Shown: positions 37,188 to 49,105 of the stretch, in pieces
Position numbering within the stretch: the stretch's first letter is position 1
Layout of the letters: every line of letters begins with the position of its first letter
Source: Leucoraja erinacea
Lineage: Eukaryota
Length of the DNA stretch: 64,000 bases
Direction of reading: 5' to 3'
Assembly: GCF_028641065.1 (NCBI RefSeq)
Contig: NC_073383.1
Location: forward strand, 13,764,001-13,828,000
The notes under the pieces: model-generated
Databases searched by the model: none
What the model was told of the DNA's origin: nothing
The model's input: the letters and a program-made list of their open reading frames with translations, nothing else
Position numbers and translations under genes: made by a program

Positions 37188-38075
37188 AATGACACTAGTG
37201 AATACAGGCAACATTGCATAAATAGTCCCTATTTTCTCTGCAGCTTGAGCTACAAGTGACCCCGTTGAGTGACAAACCCTCTCAGAGCTGAAATGAAATG
37301 CAACTCTTTCAGGAAATATCAAATGCACAAGTGCTTTTTATTTCCCAGAGAACCCACCCTGGCCTTTATTTTTAGAAGCACCCCTGCTTTAAAATCTCTT
37401 GCGTGCCACAACAAAAATGTTATAACACAAGGAAGAGATACCCTATCATCACAGAGGAATGCTACACACAGTCTGGCCTGTGTCCGGTTAGTCGTCTGTA
37501 AACACCTGATCCTCAGCTTCTCGGAGTAGTTACATCTGCAGTCACTGGAGTTGACATTTCCTGTTCCCACAAGCGTCATTCATATTACCGTCAGCCTGCA
37601 CGAACACTGACACTGGGCTCCTGCACTTCATTCAAGGGTTTCAAAAGCTTAAAGGCACAATGATTTAATAATAAAGGCCTCTGTATAATGCAATGCCAAT
37701 GTCAATGTCATGATGATGCACTTAGTTAAGACAATTTGATTTTATAACTTGGAACTGTGCGTTTATTAAGATTTTACTGTCGTTCAACGCCTACTTTTCT
37801 CAGGAAATGAAATTATCAGACATGGCCTCCCTCTCTTACATCATCCTCGAATAAAATCATTGATATTAGTGTTAATAAAATCTGTGTTCCGACCCAGCAG
37901 CCCACTTCCAAATCTTTCCCTCCATAGTCCTTGAAGTTGTTGACGCTTCACAAAGCAATCCTTATCTCTTCAGCAAATCCGTACATGAACCCAAACACAT
38001 TCCATTGATAAAGCCTTGCTCAAGTTATAAATAACATCTTGCATTGTTACGGACCGTGGTTCTTGTATGTTAATG

Positions 38076-38368
38076 CAGAGACAGAGAAGGACACAAAGAG
38101 GGACAGAGGGACAGAGAGACACAGAGAGAGAGAGAGACACACACACACACATACACAGACACAGAGAGAGAGACAGAGAGATAGACGGAGACAGAGAGAG
38201 AGACGGAGACGGACAGAGAGAGAGAGGGAGAGAGACAGAGACGGACAGAGAGACAGACAGAGACAGAGATGGAAAGAGTGAGACGGACAGACAGAGAGGG
38301 AGACACACAGAGACGGAGAAAGACAGAGAGAGAGAGACCCAGAGAGAGAGACCCAGAGAGAGAGAGAT
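38076..38368. repeat. Compound (GA)n/(GACA)n/(CA)n low-complexity repeat
   Basis: Seen directly; it is the source of the SLSL/ERER ORFs. Confidence 0.95.
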
Positions 38369-39064
38369 ATACTCTTTGTATATATTTTAAAAAACTGGAA
38401 ATTCATGGTAAATGTTTACAAAGAAACAAAGCATAAAATGTGCATACACTGTAACCAATCTGATATAAATATCAGAACAGCCTACATCAGGTACATTAGT
38501 TTCATACTGAAGGAACCATGCACACCCGAGGATTATTACTTTATGACCAGATTCCAGGCAATATTAGTTGAGGATAAAAGCTTTGAACCAAACCATTTCC
38601 TCTATTAATATAACAAGACACCTAAATCAAAACAAAGTGTGACTTAGTTATTTTTAGCAGCTAACCAGGAGGCATGGCTACCATGACATATAATATGTTC
38701 GTTAGTTATAAAAAAATTGCTGGGCATCCGATCAAAAATGGAAAATGTTGGGAGGTGCACAGTGGGCCTGGCAACAGAATTGGGGAGAGAAACAGTCCAC
38801 CAGTTGGGTTAAAGGTACTTCATTGGAATTGGTTTTGGCAGGATGTGTGCTTTTGGATAAAGCTGAGGGAAGGAATGGAGATAACTGAGGAAATGTCTGT
38901 GATAGAGTGCAGGCCAGGTTGTCAAGCAAATCATTACTTTAAAAAAAGGCAGCTAGAGAAAGAAAAAGAGAAATGAAACACATGATACCTAAGCTATGGC
39001 CACATCTGTAGGGAGAGAGAAGGTTAAGTGTGCGGGGGTTAAATGGGGCTTAGCTGTTAATTGT

Positions 39065-39770
39065 TAAAATATCATTAAGTTTAAACAGCTGCAACATAGA
39101 AAGATGAAGTTGGGTTGCTGTTCCTCGAGGTTACATTGGAAATCGTTGGAGCAGAGTTGGTCAATGTAGGGAGAGCGATCATAGTGAGAATGTAATGTAG
39201 AAATTAAATAACAGGAGACTAGAAGTTCAGGGTTGCCCTTGTAGACTGACTGGAGATGGTCTGCAAAGTGGTCACACAATGCTCCTTTGGTTTCTCCATT
39301 CAAATTAAGTTGACATTGTGAGCACTATTTGCAATACTCTACATTGGAGGAGAACCAAGTGAATTAATGCTTCACCTCAAAAGACTGTTTGGATTCCAGA
39401 ATGATGGGCAGTGGAGAATTAAAAGAGAGGTTGTTGCACCTTCCACGGTGGAATGGGAAGTTGTCATTAAAAGGGAAATGGCTGATGGAGATGAAAGAGT
39501 GGACCAGAAGGTCATGGAGTGGATGTCTCTTTGGAATACACAAAGGGAAGGGGAAGATATGTCCAGTCAACAAAATCTTATTGAAGGTGGCGGAAGTTAT
39601 GGAAGCCAACCCATTAAATACAGAGCAGGAAGTGTGAAAGGTGAGGACCAGGGGACTCGGATTGTTGTTTGAGCTGGAAGGATGTGAGAGAAGTGAAGAA
39701 AACAGAGGAGATACAGCTGAGAGCCCTGTCAACATGGAAGAAGGTAACAACAAAGCAAACAGAGATAAAA
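39065..39770 (-). mobile_element. Old Penelope-like element (RT C-terminus and GIY-YIG)
   Basis: PLVLTFH, KQSFEVK, GETKGALCDHFADHL and NLEEQ remnants. Confidence 0.8.
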
Positions 39771-39876
39771 TGTGGTTGGAGACAGTAGGAATGGTTGGAG
39801 AACTGAGAAAGGGGAGCGGATGGAGAGAGAGGGGTAAAGGAAGGGCTACTTGAAGTTAGAGAAGTCAATGTTCACA

Positions 39877-40376
39877 TCTATTGCGTCCGCTGCTCTAGAT
39901 GTCAGCAGATCTATATCGGTGAGACCAAGCGGAGGTTGGGCGATCGTTTCGCCGAACACCTCCGCTCGGTCCGCAATAACCAAGCTGACCTCCCGGTGGC
40001 TCAGCACTTCAACTCCCCCTCCCACTCCGTCTCCGACCTCTCTGTCCTGGGTCTCCTCCATGGCCACAGCGAGCAGCACCGGAAATTGGAGGAACAGCAC
40101 CTCATATTCCGTTTGGGGAGTCTGCATCCTGGGGGCATGAACATCGAATTCTCCCAATTTTGTTAGTCCTTGCTGTCTCCTCCCCTTCCTCAGTCCCCCT
40201 GCTGTCTCCTCCCATCCCCCAGCCTTCGGGCTCCTCCTCCTTTTTCCTTTCTTGTCCCCGCCCACCCCCGCCCCCGATCAGTCTGAAGAAGGGTTTCGGC
40301 CGGAAACGTTGCCTATTTCCTTTGCTCCATAGATGCTGCTGCACCCGCTGAGTTTCTCCAGCTTTTTTGTGTACCT
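39877..40376 (+). mobile_element. Young Penelope-like element 3' fragment (GIY-YIG and terminal repeat) nested in an older antisense PLE
   Basis: IYIGETKRRLGDRFAEHLRS...VAQHFN...RKLEEQHLIFRLGSLHPGGMN; 12-bp TSD tcaatgttcaca at 39865-39876 and 40377-40388. Confidence 0.92.
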
Positions 40377-40554
40377 TCAATGTTCACACCGCTGGGGTAT
40401 AAGCTGCCCAAGTGAAATACAAATTTAATTATATTCTGAGAAACGCCATGGGATATTTTACAGCATTAAACATTTTTGTAACAAAGCGAGTTATGTTGTT
40501 GCCTTTCACCAATTTGTTTCAATATCACAAAGTAAAACAATAATTTATCCTTAC

Positions 40555-40662
40555 CCTCCATAAAGTACGGGCCAGGGTCAATTCGCCACACAATCTGCCC
40601 GTTCTGGGTTCCATTTACACCCCGATTTTTGGAGTCCCAGACATTTCCTGGAGAGATCTCAT
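40555..40662 (-). CDS. HECW2: HECW2 internal coding exon, 108 bp, HECW-N domain ([36 protein letters not shown])
   Basis: Acceptor ttttaaag|AT, donor G|gtaag, phase 1-1. Peptide closely matches recalled human HECW2 [36 protein letters not shown]. Confidence 0.96.
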
Positions 40663-41387
40663 CTTTAAAAGAGAAAATAAAGAGCATATATATATATATA
40701 TGGTAACATAGAATCCATTTATTTCTATCCAGTGCCAAGAAAACGGGCAGAAAACTGAAATACGATTTAAAAGGAGCCATCTAAATATCAGGAACATTTT
40801 AACCATTAAGACAGCTTTTGTGATTGAATTTTTTTTAAACCTTCAACCAAATGAGATTTTGACAAATGTACAGTATGCACTTCAGTACAGTTTGTAAGTA
40901 ATAATAATTAATGCACTGAATATTCATGAGGCAAGATAATGCATTTTTGTTAAAGCAAAATTATTAAATATACATGCTGGTTATAATTTGAAAAATGTTG
41001 ACAATGAGAAAGCTGCGATATATTGTGTTACAAGTCCATGCATAATCTTTTGAATATCAACAGTGCACAGTGTTGAAAGCACAGTAGTAGAATCGGAATG
41101 TCATCAATATAAGTAAGTAAAACCAAGGAATAAGCTAGAAAATCATCGTAGATTTTACAGCACAACCAAGACATTGGGCAGGATTATGCTGTTAACAACC
41201 CTCTCTCAGTCGAATATCCCCAGCACGGAGACTAATCACAAGATTAGAAACACAAGACTTCCCAACCAAGCACGATACACTCACCTCCATCACAGCAACA
41301 TTTTACTGAGGGAGAGAGCAAACACCAAGGATGTTCCCAAAGGCACCTTAAAAAGGTAACACCACAACCAACTTGATGGAACTTTTG

Positions 41388-41768
41388 ACAGACAAAGAAA
41401 GGTGGAATAACTCAGTGGGTCAGACAGCATCTTTGGAGAAAATTAATAGGTGACGTTTCGGGTCGAGACCCTTCTTCAGAGTCAGGGGAAACGGTAATGA
41501 GAGATATAAACGGTGATGTAGAGAGATATCGAACAAATGAATGATGTGCAGAAAAATAATGATGATGATAAAGGAAACAGGCCATTGTTAGCTGTGTGCT
41601 ATGTGAAAACGGGCACAGACAATAAAACTCAACAGGACAACTTTGAAGCTGGTACCACTTGGGTGGGGGAGGGATGGAGAGAGAGGGGATGCAAGGGTTA
41701 CTTGAAGTTAGAGAAGTCAATGTTCATCCGCTGGGTTGTAAGCTGCTCAAGCAAAATATGAGGTGCCA
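41388..41768 (-). mobile_element. PLE 3' fragment
   Basis: GIY-YIG C-terminal remnant plus terminal repeat. Confidence 0.85.
41452..41479 (-). ncRNA. Minimal hammerhead ribozyme motif (PLE type), sense to the HECW2 pre-mRNA
   Basis: CUGAAGA-A-GGGUC(UC)GACCC-GAAAC-GUC: intact core and stem II, palindromic ACGU in place of stem III, GUC cleavage triplet. Stem I is weak. Confidence 0.6.
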
Positions 41769-42134
41769 GGAACCTTTGCCTGGTGACCAACCACAATGTA
41801 GAAGGAGCATCTGGGGACTGGACTGAGAACCTTGTTCCTTCATCAAAACCTCAACTAATATCTCCTCCTAAACTACCCATGACCACCTGTCAAGCACCTC
41901 CTGCAGTACCAGTAGATAGCACATTGGTCCCATCCTCCACCTTGAATGGCACAAATTGGAGTAGATGCAACTTATCCATGGCCCAACCAAGAGGAATAGC
42001 AGAACTAGATTGAGTTGCAATTCTCATCTTAAACTCTTATGTGAAAGCATGAAGATTGCTTTTAATTACATTATTTCTTTAACTGGTTTGGAGAAAGAGT
42101 AACCAGGACTGATGTACCAATCTCTCTCCATCCA

Positions 42135-43400
42135 CTTGAGTTGAGTTTAGTATATTATCACATGAACCGAGGTACAGTGAAAAGCTTTTGTTGCATGCCA
42201 ACCAGTCAATAGAAGGACAATACATAATTACAATCAAGCTGTCCATTGTACATAGATACATGATAAACAGAATATCGTGAATAACATTTAGTGCAAGATA
42301 AAGCCAGTAAAGTTCAAGCAAAGATAGTCCAAGGGTCTCCAATGAGGTAGATAGTTGTTCAGGGCTCACTAGTTGGTGGTAGGATAGTTCAGTTGCCTGA
42401 TAACAGCTGAGAAGAAACTGTCCCTGAATATGGAGGCGTGCGTTATGCCACTTCTATTCCTTTAGCCTGATGGGGAAGGGGAGAATTGAGAGTGGCCAGG
42501 GTACGATTATGTTGGGGACTGTTCCCAGAGACTGGTGTTGCGCACTTTCAAGCTTCTGTATCTTCAGTCCTACGGGTGTGGGAGAAGGCAAAATGACCAG
42601 GATGAGACAAGCCTTTGATTTTGTTGGCTTTACTGAGGGAGCATGAAGTAAAGATGGAGTCAATGGCAGGAAAATCTAGTCTGTTTGATGGACCGGGTTA
42701 CACCCACAGTCTTGGGCAGACCTGTTCTCAAACCAAGCTGTGATGCAACACAACAAGGTGCTTTCTATGATGCATCTGTAGAAGTTTGTACACATGCGCC
42801 ACAAATTATGCAGACATGCTGAATTTCTTCAGTCTCCTGAGGAAGATGAGGTGTCCCTTCTAGGCTGTCACTTCATTGGGGCTGGTCCACTACAGATCGG
42901 TGGTAATATTGACTCCAAGGAACTTGAAGCTCGCAACCATTTTGTCACTGTTAATGCAGATTGGTTTTATGTACTCCTGAAGTTGACAACAAGCTCCTTT
43001 GTCTTAATGACGTTGAGAGAGAGGTTGTTGCCCTGACAACATGTTACTAAGTTCTTTGCTTCCTTCCTGTACTCCATCTCGTCATTGTTCCTAATCCAAG
43101 CCCACTGTGGTGGTGTCATCTGCAAACTTGTAGATGAAATTGGAGCAGAAGTTGGCCATACTGTACATTCCTGTAAAGGGAGTATAATAAGGGACTGAGA
43201 ATGCATCCCTGTGGTACACCAGTATTGAGAGTTATTGTGGAGGATTTGTTGCCACCCATCCTCACTGATTGTAGTCTATGGATCAGTGAGTCAAGGATCC
43301 TGTGAGTTTGGAGATAGGTTTGGATGAAATGTGTTGAAAGGCGGAGCTACAATCAATAAATAGGAATCTAATGTAGGTGTCCTTGTTGTCTAAGTGCCCC
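42135..43400 (-). mobile_element. Rex1/Babar LINE fragments (two adjacent pieces)
   Basis: 3' tail at 42135-42490; RT remnant NNDEMEYRKEAKNLVTCCQGNNLSLNVIKTKELVVNFR in ORF 42967..43206. Confidence 0.85.
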
Positions 43401-43671
43401 AGAGGGATTCATGGTTGCTGTTGATATTGCCCGGTTTGACTTTGTAGCCCGTTATAACATGCAGGCCTTGCCATAATCTATGGGCAAGCACTATGGGTAT
43501 TTCCTAACTTCTTCAATTCAAGTGCGATATTTAAACACAATTGCAACCCTATCAAACTCCACCAAGACCAGCAGTCAAATAAGCTGCATAAGTGCATAAG
43601 TGCATAAGTGCATAAATAAAATGCATAAGTGAGTCATGTTATCCCAGGACAAGGAGCAATGGAATAAAGGA

Positions 43672-44098
43672 AGATAGAGGCAAAAAGCTGGAGTAACTCA
43701 GCGTGTCAGACAGCATCTCCAGAGAAAAGGAATAGGTGATGTAGATTAGTGGCTCATGCTATGAGTCATGCATTTGTAGTTGCGCCCACGAGCTTGTTAG
43801 CATCGCGGTCTGCTGCATTCCGTTAGTCTTAAAGTGAACTCTTAAGTGAGAAGTTGTATTGCTTGTAACCATTAAACTCTATATAACCTGGTGTGAGGCC
43901 ACTGTTATTATAAGGACCACAAATCAACAGGTGATGTTTCAGGTCGAGACCTTTCCCCTGACTCTCAGTCTGAAGAAGGGTCTCGACCCGAAATTTCATC
44001 TACTCTTTTTCTTCAGAGATGCTGTCTGTCCTGCTGAGTTATTCCTGCTTTTTGTGTCTATCTTCAGTTTAGACCAGTATGTGCAGTTCCTTCCTACA
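43672..44098. mobile_element. Fold-back PLE derivative with a perfect 15-bp TSD
   Basis: caatggaataaagga at 43657-43671 and 44099-44113; hammerhead-like motif at 43970-43997. Confidence 0.88.
43740..43929 (+). mobile_element. 190-bp solo LTR nested in the PLE derivative
   Basis: TGTAG...CAACA termini, 5-bp TSD GGTGA, internal ATTAAA. Removing it restores aataggtgatgtttcaggtcgagacc. Confidence 0.75.
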
Positions 44099-44187
44099 CA
44101 ATGGAATAAAGGAGTTTGGAACTAGTTCCTCTCCTGTCCATTCCAGGCACGTTTACAAGTCATGTATTGGTCAATACATTAGGTATT

Positions 44188-44422
44188 AGATCATAAGATA
44201 TAGGAGTAGAATTATGCCATTCGACCCATCGAGTCTGTTCCACCATTCGATCATGGCTGATCTATTTTTCCATCTCAATCTCATTCACATGCCTTAACCC
44301 CGTAAACTTTGACACCCTTACTAATCAAGAATCTTTCAATCTCATCTTTAAAAATACCCAATGGCTTGGCCCCTACAGCCGTCTGTGGCAATGAATTCGC
44401 CAGATTCAACACCCTCTGGCTA
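44188..44422 (-). mobile_element. CR1/HER1 LINE 3' end
   Basis: Reverse complement of the FSQRVLNLANSLP coding sequence and tail. Confidence 0.85.
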
Positions 44423-46333
44423 AAGGTATTAAACAGCATAAGTGTTTGGGCTCCCAACAGGCAGAGCCAACAAGGTTGGAAACAGTTCAATAAAATGACA
44501 ATGAAGTATTCTTCGGGGAAATTCCCCCCCCCAAAATCCTGCTGGACCTTAATAGGCTGGGAACCTGACATTGGTCAGGTTTCAAAGGAAAAGTAAGAAA
44601 TTCAACTTTTTTTTTTAAAGATCGCTTACTGTATCCTAATGAATAGAGAAATCTAACACAATATTCCTGACCCTAGGCCATATCTTCTCTCCTAAGATAT
44701 ATTGTTGATATCCTTATCGGGCAAACATCATTTCTCTGCATCCACATTTTTTGGTGTGAAGATTGCCTCAGTGTTGATTTCAGCACTAACTTTACGAGGT
44801 GTATGAATAAAACCATTTTCAAAATCTACAATTTTAACAACGTGCTTTCAATTTCAAGAAATCTCCAATTGCCGCTATGGGGGCCCAGTGCCACCAAGTT
44901 AAAACCCTACCCAACCCAGGAGGAAACAATTAATTTATAAATAGGAAGAGAGCTGCCAAATCTGCTCTGCTTAGTAAAAATCCAGCTTTTAATAGTTAAT
45001 CCAATTGTATCACTCATTTACATTTTAAAAAAAAATAATATTCCTTTTATGGTCTATTTGTCTAAATGATGATGATTTACAAAATGCGGAAATATTGTTA
45101 TGGGAGCAGTAATTAAATATATTGACATTCAGAAATAAACGATCCTCAATAATTGTAGCTTTGCGGTTTGAAAATGTTTATGTCTCGGAGACAGTCTGTG
45201 ACTGCAATGTTAATGTGCCTGAAACCTAGGCAGGGACAATCAACACTAAATATTTTTGAATTCCAAATTAAAAATTAAGTACTGAAATGTAACTGTGCTG
45301 TTTTTAAGAATAAATTGGTGCCTGTTGCTCAAGCCTCGAAAATGTTAATTCATTCAAGAAAATGGTGCTCACCAAGATGCCAGTTCTTTAGCAGTACTGT
45401 GTACGCATGATGTTCTATTATTCATTGAGCAACACAGCAGTTCAGCCTTCATAAAGTCACCAGGCAATCTGACAGCATCTAGATTTGATTCGTCATCCAA
45501 GCAAAAGGAATTAATTGAAGTTCGCCCATTTCTTTTCATGATCATTAAGCAAATATCGCAAATGTCAGACGATGATTTCTATTGAACTAAGCTCACAAAC
45601 TTTCTCATGTTCACCCAGTTTCATAGTTTGTAGACTTTTCTTGTCGATGTTTTCCCTGCCATCTCAGGTTTCTGCCTGCCTGGACAAGCAATGGCAAACC
45701 TTGGCAATGCTGCAAAATGCTGTCCCCAGTCTCTTATGTTTTCATAATTACTGTTGCACCATATGTTCTGCCACTTAACTATGCAGTGAGAGAACAGGGA
45801 GAAAAATTGTCAAAAAATATATTTTCACCCACTCGTGCAGCTGCTTCATTGCTATCTGCCTCTCGAAGAGGCAAGTGTCACCCCAACATAGAAACAGCAA
45901 CGATGATCGGTAGAGGCAAATTACTGAAATAGTTTCCGTCAAATTTGGCATCTAGAAATGCAGGTTTTAACGGTTTGGATCTCACAGGCAGTTCTGAAGG
46001 TCAGTGCGTCGGCTCCAGAAGGATCAGGTATTCTTCAATAGCTGAAGTAACACTCAAACAGTTCCACGGCAAGCTCGGAGGTCAGACAATGGCAGATCTA
46101 ACTTCCCTCGTTACCAAAGAACTCACCATCGTGTCCAGTGGCAGACCACTGGCATGTTGGAGAGGCTGATTTCACTTTAAGTGCGGCCTTCAGCTCTAGA
46201 CAGAACCAGTTAGCACAGTAACAATCTTCTCAGATAATAATCCAATTGCAACATATTTAAATATTACCTACAAATGGGAACAAATTATGATTAACATTTA
46301 TTTCTGTGAGCTCTCAAATTGCCTCTCCAAAGA

Positions 46334-46523
46334 ATTGTGTAGGAAGGAACTGCAGATGCTGGTTTAAACCAAAGATGGACACACAGAAAGCTGGGGTAAC
46401 TCAGCGGGACGGACAGCATCGCTGGAGAAAAAGAATAGGTGACGTTTCGGGTCGCAACCCAAATGTCACCTATTCCTTTTCTCCAGAGATGCTGTCTGAC
46501 CTGCTGAGTACTCCAAATGTTAG
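46334..46523. mobile_element. Fold-back PLE derivative with a 14-bp TSD
   Basis: tgcctctccaaaga at 46320-46333 and 46524-46537; pivot at ggtgacgtttcgggtcg|caacccaaatgtcacc. Confidence 0.88.
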
Positions 46524-46624
46524 TGCCTCTCCAAAGAGTGCTGCTTTGCCTGTTATTTATGCTTCCTTAAAGCACTCCCTAATAAGAGTCCTTAAGTGAC
46601 CTATCCAAATTAAGTAATTTGTAT

Positions 46625-47195
46625 CGGAATGGAATACTTTATTGTCATGTGTGACAAGGCACAGTGACAAGGCACAGTGACAAGGCACAGTGACAAGGCA
46701 CAGTGACAAGGCACAGTGACAAGGCTTGCATACCCAGATTCTTGCTTGCATACCCAAAGTATACAAATAGTGGCCACCTATGGCACTGACAAATTTACAA
46801 AGTACGCCAGCTCCCCCTTTGTTATTCCCTTCCCCTCCCCCACAGCGGTTCCCCCACAACGAGTCCACATTGTCCATTGCTCTTCTCCCCCCCCCACTCC
46901 CCATTGTCCATTGTTCTCCCCCTCACTCCCCATTGTCCAATGTTCTCCCCCTCACTCCCCATTGTCCAATGTTCTTCCCTCCCTACAACGGTCTCCCCAC
47001 GCCAAGTCCTCCATTGTTCTTTCCCTCCCCCTCCTCACAGTGGCTCCTCCACGCACTCATCGACCACTGGTCAACCCGCGAGGCTCCACCACCACCTCCG
47101 AGGCTCCACCACCACTGCCGAGGCTCCACCGCTGCCGCCGAGACCCAGTCGCCGCGAGGCTTCACCGCCGCTGCCAAGACTCCACCACCGCACCA
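46625..47195 (-). mobile_element. Non-autonomous retroelement with a Rex1-like tail and internal minisatellites
   Basis: Tail tttattgtcatgtg; (gtgacaaggcaca)x5 at 46651-46725; cccattgtcca repeats at 46868-46970; gaggctccacc repeats at 47080-47190. Confidence 0.6.
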
Positions 47196-47902
47196 TTAAT
47201 TTGATAATGTTGTTGGGAAGTGTCCTTTGAGTCTTTGATACATTATAGGCTCCATATAAATGGGAAGATGTTGTTCACACACATAACCAGATTCAGATCT
47301 ACATTTGAAAATAAATTAGCCTGAGTAATCTTGCTCCTGTTCGACATCTATTTCAGAAACTAATATAGAAATAACAAGAGATTCATTTCTACAATGAGTA
47401 TTGTACCCTGTAGTAACGCTAAATGTTTGCCAAATCAACGTCTTAAATTCACAGCCAGAAGATGTAAAAGTGGAAATCTAATTACTTTGCAATTACAGCA
47501 GACTATTCTTACCACAAACGTTCACACACCCACTTCATGCTCAGTAATGCCAGGCAAAGACATGCCAGGCCAGGTATCCTATTAAACCTCAGCATTTGAT
47601 CACCGAGCCAAATAAACTAATTCCCGAAAGAAAACAACCAGAAAAAAGTAACTTGATGTAAACACATCCTGTTCACATGAATCAATGTGACCTCATGCAG
47701 CTCTGAGAAATGTGCAGATCAATCCAAAGCATCAATTCATACATCAGACAAAAATCCTGACATCATCACACAAAACACAATTATAAAGTATGTCTCAATA
47801 ATTGGTCAAATTATTGCTGCAACGCTGATTTTCTTTGAGTTTCTGCTTGAATTAATCCACTTTGTGACATCAACTGAGTCAGCCCAACACATACATTGAA
47901 AT

Positions 47903-48357
47903 GTGTAAGAAGGAACTGCAGATGCTGGTTTATACTGAAGATAGACCCAAAATGCTGGAGTAACTCAGCGGGTCAGGCAGCATCTCCGGAGGAAAGGAAT
48001 AGATGCTGTTTCAATTCGGAGCCCTTCTTCAGACTAAAAGATAGCAGTGTGTAAGGGGGGGGGGGGGGGGGACTGGAGGCAAGACAAGGCCAGAACAAAA
48101 CAGGGCCAGCAACAAATGACCTCAGGAAAGATGGAGTCCATAATGGCCCATTGTTGGCTGGGAAAGATGTGCTAACAACAGGGATAAAAGGATGAGAACA
48201 GTGGAACTACAAGGACAACTAGGGTGGAGAGGGAGGAAGAGAAGGGGTGGGGGGGGGGGGGGAGAAATGCAGGAGTTACTTGAAATTAGAGAAATCAACG
48301 TTTATACTGCTGGGTTGTAATCTGACCATGCAAAATATGAGAAATATGAATTTAATT
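47903..48357 (-). mobile_element. PLE 3' fragment with a 15-bp TSD
   Basis: cacat(a/g)cattgaaat at 47888-47902 and 48358-48372. Confidence 0.82.
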
Positions 48358-48749
48358 CACATGCATTGAAATACTCAAAAGAAGCAACAGCTACGTAAGG
48401 CCCATGTTGTAGAATGAAGACTATTCGCCCATGAAGTCTACTCCACTATTCAATCATGGCTGATCCATCTTTCCCTCTCAACCCCATTCTCCTGCCTTCT
48501 CCCCATAACCCCTGACACCCGCACTAATGAAGAATCTATCAATCTACAACTTAAAAACATCCTAGTCAATTTATTTTCTTGTAAGCAGAAGATAAATTCT
48601 TTGCAGTTTGGACAAGGTTTACTTCAATGTTAAGGTGACCACCAGTAATGAAAAGACAATGCTTATGCACTGAGAGCTGGCATAGACCTAATGGGTCAAA
48701 GTGCCTCCTTCAATGTGATAAGGAAGATCTGTTGCTGAGGTAATGTGAG

Positions 48750-49105
48750 GCTTGGATAGAGTGGATGTGGAGAGGATGTTTCCACTAGTGGGAGAGTCTA
48801 GGACTAGAGGTCATAGCCTCAGAATTAAAGGATGTTCCTTTAGAAAGGAGATGAGGACTTTCTTTAGTCAGTGGGCAGTGAACCTGTGGAATTCTTTGAA
48901 ACAGAAGGCTGTGGAGGCCAAGTCAATGGATATTTTTAAGGCAGAGATAATACATTCTTAATTAGTACTGGTGTCATTAGGCTATGGGGGGGAAGGCAGG
49001 AGAATGGGGTTCGGAGAGAGAGATAGCTCAACCATGATTGAATGGTGGAGTAGACTTGATGGGCCAAACAGCCTAATTCTGCTCCTATCACATAATCTCT
49101 TATGA
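48750..49105 (+). mobile_element. CR1/HER1 LINE 3' end
   Basis: MFPLVGESRTRGHSLRIKG...FFSQWAVNLWNSL; an inverted partner tail lies at 48410-48560. Confidence 0.88.

Noticed and set aside
37970-38406. Overlapping ORFs on both strands
   Set aside because: Products of the GA/CA low-complexity repeat.
422-40662. Assignment of the gene to HECW1
   Set aside because: The linker motifs ([54 protein letters not shown]) match recalled HECW2, not HECW1.
46651-46725. 13-bp direct repeats, and the 57050-57230 repeats, as possible CRISPR-like arrays
   Set aside because: Head-to-tail minisatellites with no unique spacers, inside TEs, in a vertebrate intron.
46716-47230. Pro-rich ORFs in three frames
   Set aside because: C-rich minisatellites within a retroelement.
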